Shown piece after piece: positions 55,997 through 64,000 of a stretch of DNA of 64,000 nt. This DNA is from Candidatus Marinacidobacterales bacterium (GTDB lineage Bacteria; Acidobacteriota; Vicinamibacteria; Marinacidobacterales; DATDRI01), in the NCBI GenBank assembly GCA_965226495.1, contig OZ245365.1:160001-224000 (forward strand), given 5' to 3'. Within the stretch, counting starts at the first letter, position 1. Each line of letters opens with the position of its first letter. Both the position numbers and the translations under genes were made by a program. Under the pieces are notes generated by a model. That model worked only from the letters and a program-made list of their open reading frames with translations, had not been told where the DNA came from and did no database searches.

Positions 55997-56908
55997 CTAT
56001 TCGGTGGGAGGCTTAGCGGTGGGAACGATGGTAACGAGGTCCAGCGGATTGACGCGAGCTTTGTTGAGTCGGGCGGCCCAATGAAGATGAGGGCCGGTGA
56101 CGCGACCCGTCGCGCCGACCCGTCCTATGATCTCACCGGTTTGCACGACCTGCCCGTTCTTGACGGCCGTCGATTCGAGATGGCCGTAAAACGTATAAAG
56201 TCCGAGGCCATGGTCGAGCACGATGGTGTTACCAGAAAAGAAGAGGTCGCTCGCCATCACAACGCGACCGCGCTGCGGAGCACGCACCGGTGTTCCCGAA
56301 GGGGCGGGGAAGTCTTCACCACTGTGCGGAGAACGTGGCTGGTCGTTGACGACCCGCCTCTTGCCGAAGCTGCCCGACCCGGTGACGCCCTTCACGGGTA
56401 GCTGGAAGCTTCCTTCCCAGAGTCGCGCCGCCGTCGCAGCCCGAAAAATCCCTAGGAGTTGATTCGTTTCTCTTCGCGACCTCGCGAGGTCTTCGGCGCT
56501 CAAATCAACGAACTTCTTCTCCACGGAAATTGTCTGGACCGTGAAGTGTCCGTCCCGAACGGTGACCGGAGTGCTGCAGCCTATCTTTTGACCGTTGCTC
56601 CGTCTCGTTTCGACCGTCAGCGGAACTTGGGAGGCGTTGCGGCGGAGATCCACGCCTAACAGGGCAAGGTGAGAGTCGCCCTCTCGCCAGAAGTACAGCG
56701 ACTGGTCGGCCCACGCAGCGTTGACCTCTGCGGGGAATTCACTACGGACTTCGAGAAGGATGATGGCGCCTTGAGGCGGTTCTATCGTGCTCAGCGTCAA
56801 CTCCAAACCGGCGGCACAATCGATCGTCTCCTCGGCCTGGGACGCAGCGACCAGCGAGCTCAATAGAACAACGGTCAGCGCCGCAGCTGCTGTTCTCTTC
56901 ACGCCCAC
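55997..56908 (-). CDS. M23 family metallopeptidase
   Basis: HSGED, YGHL, GATGRVTGPHLHW. Confidence 0.9.
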   Translation of the reverse strand: MGVKRTAAAALTVVLLSSLVAASQAEETIDCAAGLELTLSTIEPPQGAIILLEVRSEFPAEVNAAWADQSLYFWREGDSHLALLGVDLRRNASQVPLTVETRRSNGQKIGCSTPVTVRDGHFTVQTISVEKKFVDLSAEDLARSRRETNQLLGIFRAATAARLWEGSFQLPVKGVTGSGSFGKRRVVNDQPRSPHSGEDFPAPSGTPVRAPQRGRVVMASDLFFSGNTIVLDHGLGLYTFYGHLESTAVKNGQVVQTGEIIGRVGATGRVTGPHLHWAARLNKARVNPLDLVTIVPTAKPPTE

Positions 56909-57002
56909 ACTATATCAATAGTATGAGCATCTCTGAAAAAGGCGAAGCGGAACTGAAGACGTGAGGCAACGTCGCCGCAGACTTGTGGGCTGTGGGTCGG
57001 AA

Positions 57003-57809
57003 CTAACGCAGAGCGAGTATCTCGCCCCCGGAACGATATCCGTTGCGGCGCGCCAGTCTCCTCACCTTCAGAGAAGGATACTTTCGCAGCCTGAGGAGCA
57101 CATCGGCCACCGGTAGCGGATCGGTATGAATCTCGACCCGGCCTTGCCGGAGCGCGTCCAGGACGGCGGGTAGGGATTTCTCTTTGGCCTCGATGAATGA
57201 GTGCGTTGCACCCATTTGCCAAAGAAAGTGCGAATCCGACGTCCCGACCAGCAGGCGACCGGTCCGGCGCGCCAGACTAACGGCCTTTTTGTTGAAATTC
57301 ATGTTCTTGGTGTAGAAGTGGCTGTACTCGATCCCGTCGAAAAGCTCTAGGTGCTCGAGTAACTTACTCTGCAGACAAAACTGCGAGGGGAAGAACGGGT
57401 GCGGAGCAATGGCAAGCATCTGGGGATTCTCGTGGCGTAGCCGATAAAGCTCCGCGAAGGTGCTCGGCGGGGCATCCCAATAGTTGAAATTGTAGAGGAG
57501 CACATGGCGATTCTCGATGGTCGCCTCGACGCCCGGCACGAGCACGATGCCTCGGGAAGCCGCGTAGTCGGCGAGCTCCTCGGAGTGGCTCATGAAGTCG
57601 TGATTGGTGATCGCCATGACGTCGAAGCCGAGCTTGGCCGCATGGTCAATCATCTCTTCGCTGGAATGTGCTACGTAGTCGAGTGGGTCGTCACCCGTGT
57701 GCAAATGAAGGTCGGTTTTTAAGCGCAAGCCTGATGCTCCTTCTCTTGGTGGGTTGGGTGAAGCATATTGTGGAAACCCCATGGTGACATGCATTTGGCG
57801 TTTCGTCAA
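57003..57809 (-). CDS. PHP domain metal-dependent phosphoesterase (start uncertain)
   Basis: DLHLHT, AITNHD, PGVE, HP, SDSH. Confidence 0.85.
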   Translation of the reverse strand: MTKRQMHVTMGFPQYASPNPPREGASGLRLKTDLHLHTGDDPLDYVAHSSEEMIDHAAKLGFDVMAITNHDFMSHSEELADYAASRGIVLVPGVEATIENRHVLLYNFNYWDAPPSTFAELYRLRHENPQMLAIAPHPFFPSQFCLQSKLLEHLELFDGIEYSHFYTKNMNFNKKAVSLARRTGRLLVGTSDSHFLWQMGATHSFIEAKEKSLPAVLDALRQGRVEIHTDPLPVADVLLRLRKYPSLKVRRLARRNGYRSGGEILALR

Positions 57810-57892
57810 ACATCCGACGTTGTCAAATTGAAGCGTGGCGTTTGCCCGGTGGTCTAGAAGATGGGCTAAAATAAGAGGGCAGTTGGACTTCG

Positions 57893-57967
57893 GGGCGGTT
57901 AGCTCAGTGGGAGAGCGCTTGCCTTACAAGCAAGATGTCACAGGTTCAAATCCTGTACCGCCCACCA
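57893..57967 (+). tRNA. tRNA-Val (UAC)
   Basis: GGGCGGTTAGCTCAGTGGGAGAGCGCTTGCCTTACAAGCAAGATGTCACAGGTTCAAATCCTGTACCGCCCACCA. Confidence 0.96.
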
Positions 57968-58181
57968 ACCTCGCGTAGATTGCCGGGGTCCGGCTGCTAT
58001 ACTCTGCCCCCGCCAGGGAGCTTGCGGGCCAGCAACTTGCTATCGGATCGCGACAATCAAAAAAGCCATTTCGATACGGCGCCGCCTGGTTCACAGGGTT
58101 CTATGCGCCTTCCTGACACTGGCAGCCTGTAGCCCACTCGTTTGGGCGAAGGACACCGCCGACGATGGCCCCGAGCCACCA

Positions 58182-60359
58182 GTGCCGCCCGCGGTTTTGG
58201 CCCGCGACACCGAGGGTCGGGTCACGCTGAGGGCTACCCGTTTGGCCGAGCCCATCGTTGTCGATGGGCGCCTCGAGGAGCTCATCTACCGCCAAGTACC
58301 GTCGATGACGGAGTTCATCCAACAGGAGCCGCACGAGGGCGAGCTCGCCACCGAGCAGACGGAAGTCTGGGTTTTCTTCGATGATAAGAACATCTACGTC
58401 TCCGCTCGTTGTTGGGACAGCCATCCCGAGAAAATCGTGGCCAACGAAATGCGTCGGGATAATCGCAATATCTTCAACAACGCGAATTTTGCGGTCATCT
58501 TCGACACCTTTCACGACCGGCGCAATGGGTTCCTCTTCTACACCAATCCGTTGGGTGCGATCTTCGACGCTCAAGTCACTGACGAGAGGAATCTGAATTC
58601 GGACTGGAACACGGTGTGGGACGTCAAGACAGGCCGCTGGGAAGATGGCTGGCTGGTGGAGATGAAGATTCCCTTCCGGTCCCTTCGTTACCGGGGGGGC
58701 GATGCCGAGATTTGGGGGATCAATTTTAGGCGCATCGTCCGGTGGAAAAACGAAACGAGCTACCTGACACCGATGGCCGCCGCTTTCCGGCAAGGCGGTA
58801 TCGCCAAGCTCTCACAAGCGGCGACCATGGTAGGCCTCGAGACACCATCAAAGGCCATCAACCTCGAGCTCAAGCCCTACGCCACCGCTGCGGCCAACAC
58901 CGATTTCGAGGCCGAGCCTCCGTTCGAGAACGAGCTCGACGGCAACGTCGGGGTCGATCTCAAGTACGGAGTCACGCGTGGCTTAACATTCGACTTCACA
59001 TTGAACACTGACTTCGCTCAGGTGGAAGCCGACGAGCAACAGGTGAACCTGACGCGGTTCGGACTTTTCTTTCCCGAGAAACGTGATTTCTTCCTCGAGG
59101 GTAAGGACATATTCACGTTCGGCGGTGTAATCGGTTTTCGCCGCGGGGGTGACCGTGCCGACAACACGCCGATCATGTTTTTCAGTCGGCAAATTGGGCT
59201 CTACGATGAAGAGGTAGTGCCCATTAACGCCGGCGCTCGGCTTACTGGCCGCGCCGGAGCCTACACCTTAGGGCTCTTGGCTATTCAGACCGACGAGCTC
59301 CCGCAACTGGCGATCCCCAAGACGGATTTCGGTGTGGTGCGGATCAAGCGAGATATCCTTCGCCGCAGCAACATTGGAGTCATCGGGACTTACCGATCGC
59401 CCATTTTCGAGGCCGACAGCACGAACGATTCGAACCAATTGTATGGTATCGACGGGAACTTCACCTTTTTCCAGAACGTGAACATGAACGCGTACTACGC
59501 GCGAAGCGAAACAACCGGGCTGAGCGGGGACAACGCCAGCTATCGCGGCCGCTTCCAGTACGGAGGCGATCTCTGGGCTCTAGTAGGTGAGCATCTCGTA
59601 GTGGAGAAGAATTTCAAACCCGAGATCGGATTCCTGCGTCGGGAGGATTTCCGAGAGAGCTTCGCGGAGTTGCGTTTCACCCCCCGCGCGCGCTGGAGCG
59701 AGGCGATACGCCAGTTCGAGTTCGAGGGGAGCTTTGACTACGTTACCAACGGCGACGCACAGCTCGAGAGTAGTCAAGGACGGTTTGCGTTCCGTACCGA
59801 GTTCGAAAGCGGGGACCGCATCTTCACCTGGTATAACCGCATCTTCGAGTTTTTGGACGAAGAGTTCGACATCGCCGACGACGTGATCATCCCCATTGGC
59901 CAGTACCGATTCGAGAGGTACGGGGCCGGATATCGGTTGGGGCCGCAGCGAAGGGTATCGGGTTTCATCGGCCTAGAGGGTGGAACCTTCTTCAGTGGAG
60001 ATAGAAACGAGCTGATCTACTTCGGCCGTTGGGAGCTGACTAAACAGCTGTCCCTCGAACCGAGGCTTTCTCTCAATTGGATCGACCTGCCGGAAGGCAG
60101 TTTCACCGTCAATGTAGCTCGGGTGCGGGTCAACCTCATGCTCTCTCCGCGCATCTTCTTGGGAGCGCTCATCCAATACAACTCCTCCGACAATTTGGCC
60201 GCAACCAATGTCCGCTTCCGCTGGGAGTATCAACCGGGTAGCGACTTCTTCATCGTGTACAGCGACGGCCGAGATACGCTCCGGCTCGACCCACGAGGAA
60301 TCCCGCGGCTAGAAACACAATCCTTGGTGATCAAGTTCACGCGACTCTTTCGGTTCTAG
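58182..60359 (+). CDS. CBM9-like + DUF5916 outer-membrane protein (true start probably further upstream)
   Basis: DTFHDRRNG, EMKIPFRSLRY, NTDFAQVEAD, FFPEKRDFFLEG, C-terminal Phe. Confidence 0.82.
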   Translation: MPPAVLARDTEGRVTLRATRLAEPIVVDGRLEELIYRQVPSMTEFIQQEPHEGELATEQTEVWVFFDDKNIYVSARCWDSHPEKIVANEMRRDNRNIFNNANFAVIFDTFHDRRNGFLFYTNPLGAIFDAQVTDERNLNSDWNTVWDVKTGRWEDGWLVEMKIPFRSLRYRGGDAEIWGINFRRIVRWKNETSYLTPMAAAFRQGGIAKLSQAATMVGLETPSKAINLELKPYATAAANTDFEAEPPFENELDGNVGVDLKYGVTRGLTFDFTLNTDFAQVEADEQQVNLTRFGLFFPEKRDFFLEGKDIFTFGGVIGFRRGGDRADNTPIMFFSRQIGLYDEEVVPINAGARLTGRAGAYTLGLLAIQTDELPQLAIPKTDFGVVRIKRDILRRSNIGVIGTYRSPIFEADSTNDSNQLYGIDGNFTFFQNVNMNAYYARSETTGLSGDNASYRGRFQYGGDLWALVGEHLVVEKNFKPEIGFLRREDFRESFAELRFTPRARWSEAIRQFEFEGSFDYVTNGDAQLESSQGRFAFRTEFESGDRIFTWYNRIFEFLDEEFDIADDVIIPIGQYRFERYGAGYRLGPQRRVSGFIGLEGGTFFSGDRNELIYFGRWELTKQLSLEPRLSLNWIDLPEGSFTVNVARVRVNLMLSPRIFLGALIQYNSSDNLAATNVRFRWEYQPGSDFFIVYSDGRDTLRLDPRGIPRLETQSLVIKFTRLFRF

Positions 60360-60364
60360 CCTGC

Positions 60365-61008
60365 CTAAAACGTCTGGTAGTAGCCGACGTTCAGAATGGG
60401 ACCCGCCGGCCAATTTCGTCCACGGACACTGACGGGCACCGTGAACTCGATACTCTGGGTGGGGGAAATCGCAAAGATGACCCCCGGTTCTATGTAGATG
60501 ACCTCGCGTCGCAGTGTCGCAATGGGTAGCCCGAAGCTCATGGCGTCGAAACCGTAGAGTCCGCGAACGAGCCCCTTGAACATGATGTTGGGGATCCATC
60601 GGTAGCCGCCCTCCAGACTCCAAAAGACCTCGTCCCCCGGGTCGATGCCGTTTTCCTCGTTCTCGGTTCGGAAACGGTAGCCGAATCTACCGTTGACGTA
60701 GCCCGGCCGTGGCCATAGGGAGCGGCCCACCTCCACGTCGACTTCGAAGTCGGTTTGACCTTCCCCCACTGGCACGATTTCGGCATCGTTGACGAACTCG
60801 CCGGTGGGAAACTTGACCGCAGCCCCCAAAGTGGCGACGACCGTGTCCTGAGTGAAGTTCCAGCGCGCCCCCGCTCTGAGATCTCCGATTCCGGTGGAGC
60901 TTCGGTCGCCTGCGAAATCATCGAAACGGATGTTGTAGACAGGCAGTTGGAATAGGGCCTCGAAGCCGGAACCGCGCCCAAGCCGATACTCGAAAAACGC
61001 AGCGGTGA
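60365..61008 (-). pseudogene. 5'-truncated outer-membrane 'transporter' (MetA-pathway phenol degradation-like) gene
   Basis: TGIGDL, VKFPTG, VGEGQTD, C-terminal YQTF; the ORF part above about 61010 is antisense of DUF3179. Confidence 0.55.
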
Positions 61009-61009
61009 C

Positions 61010-61666
61010 TTCGACAACAACCTGATTCTGTTCGACCGTGCCACCGACAGCCTTTGGTCGCAAATGCGGGTGAGCTCGATCTGTGGCGATTTCGTCGAGA
61101 CGAGGCCCAAGCTGCTCCCCGTGGTTCAGTCGACCTGGGGGGCTTGGAAGGCACTGCAACCGGAGACGACGGTGGTGAGTTTCAACACCGGCTTCGAGCG
61201 GAACTATGACCGCTATCCCTACGGGAACTACGATCAGCTCAACGACACCGAGCTGCTCTTTCCACACACCTTCATAGATCCCCGGCTGCGTACGAAGGAG
61301 CTCGTACTGGGCATCGTCCGCGGAGGTGTCGCGCGCGCCTACCCCTACGAGGGTTTGGGGCAACGTTCTGCGGTCAACGACGACGTCAATGGGAAACCGG
61401 TATTGGTGGTTTTCGATAAGGAATCACAAATGGCGCTTCCCTTCGACCCTACCGTGGACGGCGAAGTCTTGAGTTTCAAGGTTTCTCCTGGGAATGCGTT
61501 CCCGTTTCAGCTCCGGGATGAAGAGACCGGAACGCTCTGGGATCTTACCGGGCTCGCCGTCGAAGGTCCGTTGGCCGGTTCCCAACGCGAGCCCATCGCC
61601 ACGTTCAGTGCCATGTGGTTCGCGTGGGCTTCATTCAACCGCGGAACCGAGATCTTTAAGAAGTAG
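61010..61666 (+). pseudogene. 5'-truncated DUF3179 family gene
   Basis: FDNNLILFDRATDSLWSQM, TWGAWK, DEETGTLWDLTGLAVEGPLAG, MWFAW. Confidence 0.65.
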
Positions 61667-61714
61667 AGAGAAGTAGGAAAAAATAGTGTACAATTCGGCC
61701 CATCCCGGAAAGTC

Positions 61715-62752
61715 ATGCCCAAACAGCGCGTCGCGGTTCTCTACGATATCTGGTGGGATGATGACGATACTCCGCCAGAGAAGCCGCGCGGCGGCAAACC
61801 GCGTAAACGCGAGAAGGAAGTCCACGAAGAGGTCTATGCCACTCTCAAGAAGCTAGGCTACCAACCTTTCTATTGCATTTTAGACGGTGAGTCCAAGTCG
61901 CTCGCCAAATTGGCCTCGTCGGAGGCAACCCTCATTTTCAATCTCTCCGAGTCCTATGCTGGTGACGACACCAAGGACATGCACATCGCCGCGTTCTTAG
62001 ACCTGATGGGGAAGAAGTACACCGGAGCCGGGCCTCACGCCTTGCATCTGGCCCAGGACAAGACACTCGCGAAGAAGCTTCTCTCGTTTCACGGCATCCG
62101 GACTCCTTACTTCGCCGTTTCCTATCGAGGCAAGACAGGTTGGGCCGATGATATCTCCTTTCCCTTGATGGTGAAGCCCCAGGCCGAGGACGGCTCTATC
62201 GGTATCGACACCGGTTCGGTGGTTACCAGCGTCAAGGAGCTGATGCAGCGGATCGACTATATTCACACTCGCTTCGACAGCCCCGCTTTGATCGAAGAGT
62301 ACATCGAAGGCCGCGAGATTTACGTGGGCGTGGTGGGGAACGAAAGACCCGAAGCGCTACCGTTGGTCGAGCTGGACCTTTCTCGGGTTCCCGGCGATGT
62401 GCCGAAGATCGCGGGTACCGAAGTCAAGTGGTTGAAGGACAATAGGCTCTATAAAGTCACCGAGGCTTTCATCCCGGAAGATCTTTCGGTGGAGACGGAG
62501 AAACTTCTCAAGGAAACGGCGGTAGCGGCGTATGAGGCGTTGAAGTGTCGCGACTATGGTCGCGTCGATATTCGACTGGCCAAGGACGGCACCGTGCACG
62601 TCCTCGAAGTGAACCCCAACCCATGGCTCGCCTCGTTCACAGAGTTCTCGATGGCATGGCGAGGCACCGGACGCACGTATCCGCAGCTGATTCAATACAT
62701 CGTGGATATGGCCTTCGCCCGGTACGCGCAGCCTGCACCGGTGCAAGGGTGA
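61715..62752 (+). CDS. D-Ala-D-Ala ligase-like ATP-grasp protein
   Basis: VKP..EDGSIGI, EEYIEGRE, YGRVDIR, LEVNPNP. Confidence 0.85.
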   Translation: MPKQRVAVLYDIWWDDDDTPPEKPRGGKPRKREKEVHEEVYATLKKLGYQPFYCILDGESKSLAKLASSEATLIFNLSESYAGDDTKDMHIAAFLDLMGKKYTGAGPHALHLAQDKTLAKKLLSFHGIRTPYFAVSYRGKTGWADDISFPLMVKPQAEDGSIGIDTGSVVTSVKELMQRIDYIHTRFDSPALIEEYIEGREIYVGVVGNERPEALPLVELDLSRVPGDVPKIAGTEVKWLKDNRLYKVTEAFIPEDLSVETEKLLKETAVAAYEALKCRDYGRVDIRLAKDGTVHVLEVNPNPWLASFTEFSMAWRGTGRTYPQLIQYIVDMAFARYAQPAPVQG

Positions 62753-62762
62753 CGCTGATCTG

Positions 62763-64000
62763 CTAGCGAAGCGACATCGCCGGATCCCCAAACAGGTGAT
62801 AAATACTGAGGAGCTCTAGGTAGCCTCCGGACTCTGCAAACTGGGCCTGGGCCGCGAGGACGGCGTCTCCGAGCGTGGTGTGTCCACCGTACAGGAGCTC
62901 GGTGAGTAGTAGGCGGTGATAGAAGTGAGCGGGCCCATCGAGACTCTCCCCGCTGGGAGAAAAAGCGGCGACGATGCCCTTGCCGTCGGCCTTCAAGAGA
63001 GTTTCCGATAAGGAATCGAAAGTCGGGAACTGGAAGTATCCGTTCAAGCAGTTCATGGTGAGAACTTCGTCGAAAGCATCGAGAATGCTGTCGTGAGTAG
63101 CCGCAGTGGGTAATGTTCGGGATAGTCCAGAGACTCGACGTGGTCGGATCTCAAGATATTTTCAGACCATAGATTCATGGCTCCGTGGCCGATGTAGCTG
63201 ACCAGCGAGGCGCCTTCGTCGAAAGCATCGAGAATGCTGTCGTGAGTAGCCGCTGCTCCTAACTCGTCGAGATAGATCTTTTGGACGTCATTGCCGGCTA
63301 AGAGCGAGGCAGCTAACTCCTCGGCATGGGCCTCGAAGTCTCCGGCTCTTGGGTCAGGCCGGTCGGCAATGAGGACGGCCCGTCCCCCGAGTCCCATCCC
63401 TTCCGTTTCATAAGCGACGATCTTGTCCACCATGGCTTGGGCTTCGTCGAGGTTGGCCGCAGGAAGTCTCCCGATGGCGAGGTCGGGTAACAAGTCGTCG
63501 CCGTTGACCGCGGCATAGGCGGGGTCGGAAGCGGTCCAGAGATAGGTGGACTTGAAGGGGAAGGGAGGTACTTGGTTCTCGACTCCCCATCCGAAGTAGT
63601 CCTTGAAGTCGAAGGTGCCGTCACCGAGGAGCAAGACGTAGCGAGGAGGAGTTCTCCAGTTGTGATAGGCATGCTCCAAGAAGCTCCTGATGGCGTCGGG
63701 TCTGGTCTCACCATGACCGAACTCGGAATAGATCTGCTCGATGGGTACGGCCAGAACGGTGAGACCTTGGCTAAGTCTGAGCTCGAGCAAAGGCCATGAG
63801 GCTTCGAGAAGACTCTCGGGACCAATAACGACGTATTTGGCTCCGTAGAGCATGCTCTTGAGCCGATACGGAAAGGGTCGCCTTATCTCTGGGCTCATGA
63901 CGGCGGTAGAGTCAGCAACGAGATAGTGATGGCCGTCTTCGGCCCTGAAACGGAGTCCGCGGAGTCCGCCTTCAAAAGGACTCCGCACCGCTCAACCACT
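62763..64000 (-). CDS. Peptidase C25 (gingipain-like) domain protein, partial, with a frameshift near 63065-63104
   Basis: YVLLLGDG, DLAIGRLP, YIGHG, MNCLNGYF, YHLFGDPAM across two ORFs. Confidence 0.8.

Noticed and set aside
61011-61363. N-terminal 118 aa of ORF 60365..61363
   Set aside because: It is the antisense reading of the DUF3179 coding region
57968-64000. Island integrated at tRNA-Val
   Set aside because: No integrase and no duplicated tRNA 3' end within the window

Overview
GC-rich (about 60% by eye) bacterial chromosomal segment. The gene repertoire (HTH-TolB-TPR protein, Ser/Thr kinase with PD40 propeller, atypical Hfq, cohesin-tailed secretin cluster) suggests Acidobacteriota, probably Vicinamibacteria-like (inference). 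It holds housekeeping genes (smpB, holB, tmk, frameshifted pckG), three tRNAs (Ala-GGC, Sec-UCA, Val-UAC), a TRAP transporter, a sigma54 two-component module, a 13-gene type II secretion/type IV pilus-like operon and several REP/MITE-like repeats. Most interesting: (1) two diverged copies of a DUF222-like + HNH endonuclease gene sharing a motif about 200 nt upstream and a 20-bp palindrome family, a candidate self-mobile element; (2) a 2.3-kb integrase-free island in selC with a duplicated tRNA 3' end and extra direct and inverted copies of the GACTTCAA core, directly followed by one HNH copy; (3) a LigD with intact phosphoesterase and polymerase motifs but an apparently dead ligase domain lacking the OB fold. 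Several local scrambles, duplications and fusions (pckG, C25 peptidase, about 50.9 kb, about 61.0 kb) may be sequencing or assembly errors. All product calls are from motif recognition by eye; no searches were run.
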